This document shows positions 20,474-31,600 of a DNA stretch of 64,000 bases, piece after piece. Under the pieces are notes generated by a model, which did no database searches, was not told the origin of the DNA, and was given only the letters and a program-made list of their open reading frames with translations. Where the stretch lies: positions 64,001-128,000 of IMG/VR virus record IMGVR_UViG_3300027754_000045; one strand, given 5' to 3'. The position numbers and the translations under genes are program-made. Within the stretch, counting starts at the first letter, position 1. Each line of letters starts with the position of its first letter. This stretch comes from a virus.

Positions 20474-21348
20474 TGATGAAAATAGTATTTTTTAATCATC
20501 ACTCTGATGAAATGTATTGGCACATCAAAACCTTTCAATCTCTTGGGCACGAATGTTGTGTAGCCACTCGTAGACTTACTTTAGAATGCGGAGAAGATTA
20601 CTGCACATTTAATGAATCTGGACTTGTGCAAAAAGGTCCAGTATTTTATAAGTGGGAACACCTTCACCCCGACATGGATTTAACCTTTACAGATACACTT
20701 GAAGGCTTTGATGCAGCAGCAACAATAAGTAAAAAAATTCCACATGTTTTGGCACCAAAAATGAAAGTATTTGCGTGTATAGTAGTAAAATACGATATTA
20801 ATAATTTTAATAATATACAAAATGTTACTAAAATAATAGCACATCCAGATGCAAAACAATGGAATGGACATTTTGTTCCTAAGTATGTTCCACCTTATGG
20901 AAAAATTGGTGATAATATCTACATAAGTCAATTAATGGAAAGATATTACACAAAATACTTAAAAGATTTAATAGAATTAAAAAAACAAGGATATCCAGTT
21001 ATTGTTGCTGGAGCAAACGAAGCACCAGATGGTGTTGTTGGTGATTTAGATTTATTACAAAATACTAGATTTTTAGTTCATGATAAAGATTATGGAATAT
21101 CTTGTGGTGCAGTATTAAAGGCTTTAGATTCAGGTTGTATGGTATACATTAGTAAAATTAATAGAATTGAAATTGGATTATCTGATGTTCCAGATAAGTG
21201 TTTTATATTTAACGATGATATTTCTATCAAAGATGCATATCATAAATATAAAAAATATGATAAATGTGATATTCAGACAACATACCGCAACGTAAGAAAC
21301 ATAAATAATGCAGTGGAGCGATTGAAAGATATTCTTTGTATGATGTAA
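20473..21348 (+). CDS. Hypothetical glycan-locus protein, possibly GT-B
   Basis: FLVHDKDYGISCGAVLKALDSGCMV resembles a GT-B C-terminal segment; context. Confidence 0.45.
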   Translation: MMKIVFFNHHSDEMYWHIKTFQSLGHECCVATRRLTLECGEDYCTFNESGLVQKGPVFYKWEHLHPDMDLTFTDTLEGFDAAATISKKIPHVLAPKMKVFACIVVKYDINNFNNIQNVTKIIAHPDAKQWNGHFVPKYVPPYGKIGDNIYISQLMERYYTKYLKDLIELKKQGYPVIVAGANEAPDGVVGDLDLLQNTRFLVHDKDYGISCGAVLKALDSGCMVYISKINRIEIGLSDVPDKCFIFNDDISIKDAYHKYKKYDKCDIQTTYRNVRNINNAVERLKDILCMM

Positions 21349-21351
21349 ACC

Positions 21352-23967
21352 ATGGAAAAAATAATAATAACAGGCGGTCTTGGTTATATTGGTTCTGAAT
21401 TATGTAAATTATATTCAGGCGAAGCTCGTTTCAAAAACATAACGGTAATTGATTCTCGTTTTATTTCTGAAAGAGTTAAACAACTCAGAGATTGGGGTAT
21501 TAATTTTGTTCAAGGATCGATTTTAGACGAATCTTTTATTTCTAGTCTTATCAAAGATGCAGATGTTGTTATTCATCTTGCTGGTATAACCGATGTAGCA
21601 TATACTAAAACCGAAGCAAATGAAGAAAAAGATATTCAAATACGCCAAATAGGAATTAATGGTACTAGAAATATTATTAAATATACTAAAAAGAATTGCA
21701 AAATTATATTTCCTTCAACACACGTTGTATTTGAGGGATTTTCTGAAACTAAAATTAATATTGAAGAAACAGAACAGCCATGTCCAATTTTGACATATTC
21801 TATTGGAAAAGCACAATCAGAAATTGATATTATTCAATCTAATAAAAATTATATTATTCTTCGTTTAGCCTCAGTATACGGTTATTCTACCGATACTACA
21901 AGAATGAATATAATGCCTAATTTATTTTCTAAAATTGCATCACAGAATGGAACAATTAGTCTTTTTTCTGGTGGAATTCAATTAAAAAGTCTGGTTCCTT
22001 TAATTGATGTGGCTAGATGTATGAAATTTATGGCAGAAAATAATATAAAGAAAGAAATATTTCATCTTTCAAAAGAAACTATGACCGTTAAAGAAGTTGC
22101 AAATATCTGTAAAGAATTTAATCCTAAATTAACTATAATAGAAACAAAAGACGAAATTCCAAATCTTGGTTATACATTATCTAATAAAAAATTATTATCT
22201 ACTGGTTTTCAATTTTTATATGATATTAGACAATGTATTAAAGAAATGATTAATAATTGGTCAATCAAAGATATAAATTTAGAATTAGAATATTTAGATA
22301 AGGGTGGTAAAGAATTTGTTGATTCTCGTGGTAAAATTTTAAATTATGAACTCACAGAACCAATTAATATGATTGGTTATATTGAATCTAAAAAAGGAAC
22401 AGTAAGAGCAAATCATTATCATCCAATTCAAGAACAAAAATGTTTACTTGTTAAGGGTCAATATATTAGTGTAATAAAAGATCTTTCAATAGAAAATGGT
22501 CAAATTGAAACTAAACTAGTAAATGAAGGTGATATTGCTATTATCAAACCAAATGTTGCTCATACAATGATATTTACAGAAGATTCAATTTTCTTAAATT
22601 TGGTTCGGGGAGAGAGAGAACATTCAAATTATGGTATTACGCATACCATTCCATATATTCTTGTAGATGAAGAAACAAAAAATAGACTTCTTTTATCATA
22701 TAAAACTTCATGTAAATCGTGTGGTAATAAACATTTAGATAGAGTTATCTCTTTAGGCAATTCACCTCTAGCAAATAATCTTAAAAATTCTATAAATGAA
22801 AATACTGAAGTATATCCACTAGAAGTTAATTACTGTTCAAAGTGTCAAAATTGTCAACTTTCTGTTGTTGTACCACCAGAAAAAATGTTTGATAATTATC
22901 TTTATGTTTCTTCTACAACATCAGTTTTCAGAAACCATTTTGAAAATGTAGCTTTACAATATATTGATGAATTTAATTTAGATAATACTTCTTTAGTTGT
23001 TGATATTGGAAGTAATGATGGTGTAGGTATTAAACCATTTATGGACAGAGGAATAAAAGTAGTTGGAGTAGATCCTGCTAAAAATATTGCAAATATTGCA
23101 AATGATAAAAATATTCCAACTATAAATGAATATTTTGATCATAGCACTGCAATTAAAATTATTGAAAAATATGGAAAAGCAAAATTAGTAACTGCGTCTA
23201 ATGTTTTTGCACATTCAGATAAGTTAGTAGATATTGCTAATAGTGCTTTTGAATTATTGGATGATGATGGTGTATTTATTGTTGAAGTTCAGTATTTATT
23301 AGATACTATAAATGATTTAACTTTTGATAATATTTATCACGAACATGTAAATTATTGGAGTATTACTTCTATTAATAATTTTTTTAATAATTTAAATTTG
23401 ATAGTTTATAAAGTAGAGCACATAGATACTCATGGTGGTTCTGTAAGAGTTTATGTAAAAAGAAATGGATGCTTAATAGAGCCTAGCGTTAATATTTATC
23501 TGGAAAATGAAAATAATTTTGGTATTAAAACCTTAAAAACATATAAAGAATTTGAAAAAAATATAATTAATATTAAAAAAATTGTAAATGAAAATTTTAA
23601 AAAATTAAAAGAAAAATACGGCACAATTGCTGCATATGGTTCACCAGCAAAAGCAACAACTTCTTTAAATTATTTTGGTATTAATAATAATTATATTGAT
23701 TATACTATAGAAGATAATCAGATGAAAGATGGTAAATATATTCCTGGAGTAAATATTCCTATTAAAAATAAAGAATATTGTATATCTAATCCACCAAAAA
23801 TTATTGTTGTTCTTGCTTGGAACTTTTTTGAACATATTAAAAATAGTAACAAAATATTATTAGACATGGGAATAAGGTTTATAAATATAAAAGAGTTACA
23901 AGATATTAATTTTAAATTAGATGATAAACCACAAATAGATACTAAGAATTTTATATATTACATGTAA
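21352..23967 (+). CDS. Three-domain fusion: SDR epimerase/reductase + cupin + NDP-sugar C-methyltransferase
   Basis: SDR GGLGYIG/YSIGK; cupin DSRG...RANHYH...AHTM; C-MTase CKSC/CSKC zinc site, DIGSNDG, NVFAH, YHEHVNY, THGGS, YGSPAKA, LAWNF. Confidence 0.88.
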   Translation: MEKIIITGGLGYIGSELCKLYSGEARFKNITVIDSRFISERVKQLRDWGINFVQGSILDESFISSLIKDADVVIHLAGITDVAYTKTEANEEKDIQIRQIGINGTRNIIKYTKKNCKIIFPSTHVVFEGFSETKINIEETEQPCPILTYSIGKAQSEIDIIQSNKNYIILRLASVYGYSTDTTRMNIMPNLFSKIASQNGTISLFSGGIQLKSLVPLIDVARCMKFMAENNIKKEIFHLSKETMTVKEVANICKEFNPKLTIIETKDEIPNLGYTLSNKKLLSTGFQFLYDIRQCIKEMINNWSIKDINLELEYLDKGGKEFVDSRGKILNYELTEPINMIGYIESKKGTVRANHYHPIQEQKCLLVKGQYISVIKDLSIENGQIETKLVNEGDIAIIKPNVAHTMIFTEDSIFLNLVRGEREHSNYGITHTIPYILVDEETKNRLLLSYKTSCKSCGNKHLDRVISLGNSPLANNLKNSINENTEVYPLEVNYCSKCQNCQLSVVVPPEKMFDNYLYVSSTTSVFRNHFENVALQYIDEFNLDNTSLVVDIGSNDGVGIKPFMDRGIKVVGVDPAKNIANIANDKNIPTINEYFDHSTAIKIIEKYGKAKLVTASNVFAHSDKLVDIANSAFELLDDDGVFIVEVQYLLDTINDLTFDNIYHEHVNYWSITSINNFFNNLNLIVYKVEHIDTHGGSVRVYVKRNGCLIEPSVNIYLENENNFGIKTLKTYKEFEKNIINIKKIVNENFKKLKEKYGTIAAYGSPAKATTSLNYFGINNNYIDYTIEDNQMKDGKYIPGVNIPIKNKEYCISNPPKIIVVLAWNFFEHIKNSNKILLDMGIRFINIKELQDINFKLDDKPQIDTKNFIYYM

Positions 23968-23982
23968 AGAGAAAGTTAAATT

Positions 23983-25227
23983 ATGCCTAAATTATGCCTA
24001 TCGATGATTGTTAAAAATGAAACTCACATTATCAAAGAATGCCTGGATTCAATCTACAAGTATGTGGATTACTGGGTCATTGTGGATACTGGTTCCACAG
24101 ACGGAACTCAAGAGTTAATTAAAAACTTCTTTGCCGAGAAGGGTATTCCTGGAGAACTTCATGAACGCCCATGGGTAGGATTCGGTGATAACCGCACAGA
24201 GGCTCTACAACTCTGCGACGGCAAGGCAGACTGGGCATGGATGATTGATGCCGACGACTATGTGGAAGGAGAGTTTCAGTTTCCGTTTAATGTGGGAGAA
24301 GTTGAAGCATTTGCTCTTGCGTTTGGTCGTGGCGAGTTCAGTTGGTGGAGAACTCAGATTTTCCGCACAGGTATTGGCTGGAGATACGAAGGCATTCTTC
24401 ACGAGTACCCAACAAAGCCAAATGTGGAAACTACTCCTCCAAAGATTGCAAAGCTGGAAGGAAAATATAAAATTGTTGCTCGCACCGTTGGAGCACGTAA
24501 TGTAGGCATTGATCCTATCGAGAAGTATAAACGGGATGCCATCATGTTGGAAGAAGTTCTGGTTAAGGAACCAAACAATGTAAGATACCAGTTCTATCTG
24601 GCTCAAAGCTATTTTGACTCTCAGCAATGGGAAAAGGCAGAAGCCGCCTACAAGAAGCGTGTAGAGATGGGTGGCTGGGAAGAAGAGCAATACTATTCAG
24701 CTTTTCGTATCGCCATGTGCCGTGGTCTTGCCAACAAGCCTTGGATCGAAATTCAGCAAGGATTCCTAGAATCCTGGGAACTTCGACCACACCGAGCAGA
24801 GCCTCTTCATCAGATTGCACGAGTCTACCGAATGATGGGTCATCCACGACTAGCCTTCTTATACGCAAAGATGGCTCTTGATATTCCGTATCCAAAGGAT
24901 GATATCTTGTTCGTCTCCGAAGATGTCTACAAGCATGCTGTTCTAGACGAAATTGCTTCCACTGCTTTCTATGCAGGAAAGCCTCATATGGGATACTCTG
25001 CCTGCAAGAAACTATTACTGGAAAACCTGCTTCCTCCAGATCAGGTTGAGCGTGTGCAAACCAATCTGAGTCAATACTTAAAGTTCTTTGAACAAAGTAA
25101 TCAAATGGAGATTATCAAGCAGTTAGATGAACAAGCCTCAAAACAAGCCGAAAAACGAGACCATAAACCTGCCCTATTTCCAGCACAAAAAAAGAACTTT
25201 AAAACTAGAAAACCAGTACATCGATAA
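23983..25227 (+). CDS. GT2 glycosyltransferase with C-terminal TPR repeats
   Basis: LCLSMIVKNE, IVDTGSTDGT, MIDADD, YEGILHE, then TPRs (RYQFYLAQSYFD, RPHRAEPL). Confidence 0.9.
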   Translation: MPKLCLSMIVKNETHIIKECLDSIYKYVDYWVIVDTGSTDGTQELIKNFFAEKGIPGELHERPWVGFGDNRTEALQLCDGKADWAWMIDADDYVEGEFQFPFNVGEVEAFALAFGRGEFSWWRTQIFRTGIGWRYEGILHEYPTKPNVETTPPKIAKLEGKYKIVARTVGARNVGIDPIEKYKRDAIMLEEVLVKEPNNVRYQFYLAQSYFDSQQWEKAEAAYKKRVEMGGWEEEQYYSAFRIAMCRGLANKPWIEIQQGFLESWELRPHRAEPLHQIARVYRMMGHPRLAFLYAKMALDIPYPKDDILFVSEDVYKHAVLDEIASTAFYAGKPHMGYSACKKLLLENLLPPDQVERVQTNLSQYLKFFEQSNQMEIIKQLDEQASKQAEKRDHKPALFPAQKKNFKTRKPVHR

Positions 25228-25230
25228 AGC

Positions 25231-25237
25231 CTAAATA
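25231..25237 (+). promoter_or_regulatory. Late promoter variant CTAAATA
   Basis: Sits 5 nt before ATG 25243 at the start of the virion block. Confidence 0.6.
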
Positions 25238-25242
25238 CACGT

Positions 25243-25653
25243 ATGACCGCAAAATACGACTTAACAATCAATAAAGGTTCTAATTTTGAGTTTTGGCTTC
25301 AGTATCAAAGAGAAGACAACACTCCAGTCGATTTAAGTGCGTATACTGCCGCACTGGTAGTTAAACGATTTAAAGGACAAGAATATCCTATTTTGTCTAT
25401 GAATAATTCTGGCTTGACTTATGGGTATAGTTCTGGAAATACTCTTGGTCTTTCTGGTTCGGGCAATATAAGTCTTAATACAGATTATGACGGAACAGGA
25501 ATTACTGGAGGAATTTCTGTAAATATCACAGCAAACACAACAAAAAAACTAACTTCAGGAAGTCATTTTTATGATTTAAATTTGATGATAGGAATTACGT
25601 ATTCTCAAAAACTTCTTGAAGGAAAGATTTTCATACAAGACGGATCACGTTAA
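25243..25653 (+). CDS. Small virion (baseplate/fibre adaptor-like) protein
   Basis: YDLTINKGSNF...PVDLSAYTA...YDL...KLLEGKIFI pattern typical of T4-like small structural proteins. Confidence 0.6.
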   Translation: MTAKYDLTINKGSNFEFWLQYQREDNTPVDLSAYTAALVVKRFKGQEYPILSMNNSGLTYGYSSGNTLGLSGSGNISLNTDYDGTGITGGISVNITANTTKKLTSGSHFYDLNLMIGITYSQKLLEGKIFIQDGSR

Positions 25654-28600
25654 TGAAACTCAAAATTCGTGAACTTTTAAATAAGGTTTTGTTTTTTAAT
25701 AAACCTCAGGAAAATATAACTAAACTTAAAATAATTGAGCAAGTTAAGTTTAATACTGTTTCAGTCAATACTGATTTTTTTGCTAATGATTTTTTTAATT
25801 TTCTTCCTACAATAACAAGTATTGCTCCAACTTCTGGTTTAGTAGCTGGAGGAACGTCATTTACTATAACAGGTACTAATCTTACTGGTACTTCTAGCGT
25901 AACTGTTGGCGGTGTTGCAGCAACCAGCGTTGCTGTTGTTTCTGGGACTTCTGTTACGGCTGTTACTCCAGCAGGAACAGCAGGCGTAAAGAGTGTTGTT
26001 CTTACTACTCCTGGAGGAACAGCCACTGCATCAAGTGCATTTACCTATATTGGCGTACCTACAATAACAACAATAAATCCTAGTACTGGTGTATTAGCTG
26101 GAGGAACACCATTTACTATAGGAGGAACTAATTTATTAAATACTTCTAGTGTAACTGTTGGCGGTGTTGCGGCAACCAGCGTTACTATTGTTTCTAGTAC
26201 TTCTGTTACCGCTGTTACTCCAGTAGGAACAGCAGGCGTAAAGAATATTGTTCTTACTACTCCAGGAGGAACAGTAACATTCTCAAGTGCTTTTGAATAC
26301 ACAGATATTGCTGTATTCCCTACAATAACAATTATTGCTCCAATTTCTGGAGTATTAGCAGGAGGAACAACCTTTGGCATAACAGGAACTAATTTATCAG
26401 ATACTTCTAGCGTAACTATTGGTGGTGTTACCGCTACTAGCCTTACTAATGTTTCTAGTGTTTTTGTTACTGCACGTACTCCAGCAGGAGCAACAATAGG
26501 CTTAAAGAATATTGCTTTAACAACTCCTATAGGAACAGCAATATCAGCAAATGCATTCACGTATATTGGCCTACCTACAATAACAAGTATTGCTCCAACT
26601 TCTGGTGTATTAGCAGGAGGAACAACCTTTGGTATAACAGGAACTAATTTATCAAATACTTCTAGCGTAACTGTTGGTGGTGTTACGGCTACTAGTCTTA
26701 CTAATGTTTCTGATACTTCTGTTACTGCACGTACTCCAGCAGGAGTAACAACAGGATTAAAGAATATCACTTTAATAACTCCAGGAGGAACAACTACTGC
26801 ACCAAATGCATTTACGTATATTGGCCTACCTACAATAACAGAAATTACTCCAAATTCTGGTCCAGTAAGCACCGAAACAACTGTAAATATAGATGGCACT
26901 AATTTATCAGGTACTTCTAGTGTAACTGTTGGCGGTGTTGCGGCAACTAATTTAAATATATTTAGCCCATTTAGCGTAGGGTGTGATTTTCCAGTAGGAA
27001 CAATAGGTGCAAAGAATGTTGTTCTTACTACTCCAGGAGGAATAACTACTGCACTAAATGCATTCACGTATATTGGCGTACCTACAATAACAAGTATTTC
27101 TCCTACTTCTGGTGTAGTAGCAGGAGGAACAACTATTACTATAACAGGTACTAATTTATCAGATACTACTATCGTAACTATTGATGGTGTTGAGGTAACT
27201 AGCTTTACTAATGTTTCTAGTACTTCTGTCACGGTTGTTACTCCAGCAGGAGCAACAATAGGCGCAAAAAATATTGTTCTTACTAATTTCGGAGGAACAG
27301 TTACTGCACCAAACGTATTTACGTATATTGGGCTACCTACAATAACAAGTATTGCTCCAGCTTCTGGCGTATTAGCAGGAGGAACGACTTTAGGAATAAC
27401 AGGAACTAATTTATCAGGTACTTCTAGCGTAACTGTTGGTGGTGTTACGGCTACTAGTCTTACTAATGTTTCTAGTGTTTTTGTTACTGCACGTACTCCA
27501 ACAGGAGCAATAATAGGAGTAAAGAATATTGTTCTTACTACTCCAGGAGGAATAACTACTGCACTAAACGCATTTACCTATATTGGCGTACCTACAATAA
27601 CAACAATAAATCCTAATACTGGTATATTAGCTGGAGGAACATCATTTACTATAGCAGGAACTAATTTATCAAATACTTCTAGCGTAACTGTTGGCGGTGT
27701 TGCGGCAACGAACGTTACTACTCTTTCTGGGACTTCTGTTACTGCAGTTACTCCAGCAGGATCAGCAGGCCTAAAGAATATTGTTCTTACTAATCCAGGA
27801 GGAACAGTTACTGCATCAAATGCTTTTGAATACACAGATATTACTATAATACCTACAATAACAAGTATTTCTCCAACTTCTGGCGTATTAGCAGGAGGAA
27901 CAACTTTAGGCATAACAGGAACTAATTTATCAAATACTACTAGCGTAAAGGTTGATGGTGTTACCGCTACTAGTCTTACTAATGTTTCTAGTGTTTTTGT
28001 TACTGCAGTAACTCCAGCAGGAGCAACAATAGGCCTAAAGAATATTACTCTAAATACTACTCTTGGAGGAGTAACATCAGTAAATGCATTTACTTATATT
28101 GGCCTACCTACAATAACAAGTATTGCTCCAATTTCTGGCGTATTAACAGGAGGAACAACCTTTGGCATAACAGGAACTAATTTATCAGATACTTCTAGCG
28201 TAACTGTTGGTGGTGTTACTGCTACTAGCCTTACTAATGTTTCTAGTGTTTTTGTTACTGCAGTAACTCCAGCAGGAGCAACAACAGGCGCAAAGAATAT
28301 TGTTCTTACTACTCCAGGAGGAATAACTACTGCACTAAACGCATTTACTTATACGGATTTTAATCTTGATTTTGCAAGAATACAAGTATTAGCAGATACT
28401 CGTATAAGTGATTTGTGGGTATTAGATACTACAAAAGCAAAACCTGTTGGTGTTGTTGCTGGGAAGTTTTATGCTCAAAGTGGCATTGATCGTTCTCAAG
28501 GAGGTTACACATCTGCTCCTAATGGAAGATTGACAAAATGGGCACAACCATTATTTTATACTCCCAGATCTATGGCAGATGTTATTAAAGGAACAACTGC

Positions 28601-31600
28601 AATTTCTGGCTTATGTGCAAGCCTAACTTATAATAAATTTGGCATTTTAAAAAATTTAAATTATTTTTATGGTGGACAGACCTCTGGTAGTGAAGGATCG
28701 GTTAATATGTCACGCCTATTGAGACTCAAAGAAGGAATAACTGGAGGAAAAAATGTAATCAAAAGACCGTATTCTTTTAATGATATTAAAACTTTTGGTT
28801 TAAGTGCAGGTCATACACTTTTTGGTAATATTAATAGTGATAAAACAGTAACTGCTGTAGCAATAGCATACAATAATCCAAACTCTTGGTCTCTAAAAAG
28901 AAATATGTTACTAAGTAGTTTAAGTCAAATTGATGAATGGCAATCTTATAGAGTTTTAAATTATTTAACACCTCTTGCTATTTCCTGGAGATTTCAAAAA
29001 GAAATCAGACAAAATAGTATAGGATTTTCAAATAATGTTTCACAAATATCTGAATCAGAACTTAACGCAGTAAATACAGATACTCTAAATCATCTTAAAA
29101 TATTATTAGACGAATATAAAGACCATTATCCGCTAGCAAGACCGAATAACGGAGTGAATAATACTCTAGGTAGTAACCAAACTTGGCGTGGAGAGGCAAC
29201 TAGTGGCTATCCTATGGGTCTGTGTGGTTCTTTTGGTGTTCGAACATCTCCATATCCGTTAGGAGCAACTCTTGATTTTATTCCTGCACTAGGAGTAAAC
29301 GGAACAACCTTAGATACTTGGTCTCCTCAAGGATGGACAGCAGATACAGGAATGTATTTATTTGACGGTTGGGGTATGAGATATATTTTAGAAAATATGA
29401 TATATTTGGACGGAGTAACATCAGTAATAGAACCAGTTACAACAACAACTCAACTTAAAGCAGATTCTTCGTGGAATAATATTCTTATAGAAGTAAAAAA
29501 ATTAATGCTTAAAGAAATTTTTGATTATGTGATACACACAGAAGAAGGAAGAGCCTGGTATGCTAAAAGAAAGTATTGGCCAGACGGTTCAGAGCGAGAC
29601 TCACTGATTTATGCAGACTCAAACCCAAATCGAATATGGACAGAACAAGCAACTGGTTTAACAGGAATTAAGTATTATTATAATCATTATTTTAATGGAA
29701 CTGGTTATTGGTATCCAGAACCAGATAATAAAGGATATGTAGGAACCAATCAAAATATTACTCCTATGGCATATCGTATGTTAGCCACAATGTATTTGTA
29801 TCCTTATATGACACTAGACAAAGAAAGAACTGCTCTTTTATCTGCGTATAATATGATGGCAGAAGAATGTGCTTCGGTGTTAGAACGATTTTTAATGGGA
29901 GTTACTTCTTCTCAAGAAAATAGTGCTGGATATTGGACGGAAGGTTGGGGATATGCTGCACAATCTATGCCAGATTTTTTGAAAATATTAACCTCTATGA
30001 AAACTATGGGAGACAGGAGACTATGGGACAAAAAGTCAACTCCAGACTATTTCAATAAAACAATACCAGGAATTTCTTATAGTTCTTGGACAAACAATAC
30101 TTGGAAATGGATCGTTAGTAGAATAATGCCAAATAATTTAATTATTAATTCTGGATCATGCAATAGTTCTGGATGGGAAACTATAGGCAACTCTTATCAA
30201 TTTACACCGTGGGGAGTGTATTTAACTGCTGTGAATGCAAGCGAAAGTCCTACTCCAGGAACCACGGGATCTGCAATTAGCGAACTTCATGATTGGTTTG
30301 ATAATAACGCAGGATACGAAGAAGAAATTGAATATTTTTACAATGTTAGAAAATATCAAGAACGTAATACATATAACGAAAAAATTAACACTCCTTGGTT
30401 TTACTCTCCAGGGGACTGTATAGTTACTTGGAAGTCGGAACACGTAATACCAAAATTTCAAAGTGATTGGACTTACGGAAATAATACAGAAAGACCTGAT
30501 GGTAAACCAGGATACGTTGTTAATAATTTTAATAAACCTTTAATTTTTGGTCTTTGGGCTAAGGGCGTAGGAGTTAGTGACGAAAAAACTAATGTTGATT
30601 GCGGTCACATTTCTGCTTATTTGGGCGACGCTGCATTACTAATAGAGACTGGTGAACCTAGACAGTTACTGGAATTTGATAATGATAAAACAAATAACTA
30701 TTTTTACGAAAGAGAAACTTTCAGGGTAAAAGGACATAATGTTATGCAATTGGGAGAAAGACTTGATTACAAGAATCCCAAATATGCTCCTTGGACTGGA
30801 GTAACATTTACCGCAACTGGTGGTAGTGCATTTTTAAATGCAACTTCAAATTATAATGTTAGACCATTAAAAATAAGTACTCCTCAACCATTGGGTGATA
30901 ATCGACCTAATCCAAAAGATGGAGGTTTTCCAACATGGGCAGAAAGTGATCCTGCCTGGGATAATGTATCTGACGGATTTTTATATCTTGCAGGAACAAC
31001 ACAAATAGCGAATACACGAGGAGGAGATACTGCACAATATTTGGCTCAATCCAGTAATATTCTTGGTGGATCAGAAACTATAGACGGAAGAGCTGGTCAA
31101 TACGTATTTGAGCCGTATCAATACCAAATAAAAACCTGCACAAGAGGTATTACCTGGGAATATTCTGCTGGTGTTGCAAAAATTAGAATTCAGGATATTG
31201 TGGGAATAAGTGCATTCAACAACAATCCATCGTTCTGGTCAGCAACTGGTCCGTATGCAACAGGACCAGACACAAGAGTATATTATCGTTTTCATACTGG
31301 ATATACTGGAGCAAACGATATAGCAGGAAATCCAAGTTCAACTAGTTGGCCATTCTTTACCACCACAGACGCAGGATTAACTTTCTTTTCAGTTTCTGGC
31401 ACAAACAACAAGACTTGGCAAGCAGCGTGGACACAACCAATACCGTATAATACAATGGCATATGATGGTGTTGTGAGCAGATTAGATTCTGTTGGTGTCA
31501 CAATGACCTTTGTTGGAAGTCAGCCAATTAAATTAACAAAAGAATTATCAGTAAATCATTCTTTTAAATATTCTTCAGTAACTAAACCAGGAATAGGAAT

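Noticed and set aside
11852-23967. Host contamination or chimeric contig
   Set aside because: Genes are coupled across the left boundary, follow on the same strand across the right one, and contain the same 16-nt-spacer promoter as the phage core; long reads would be needed to exclude it fully
25706-27913. Long minus-strand ORFs (e.g. 26045-27232, 395 aa)
   Set aside because: Shadows of the Thr/Gly/Val-biased IPT repeats; no promoter, RBS or independent motif
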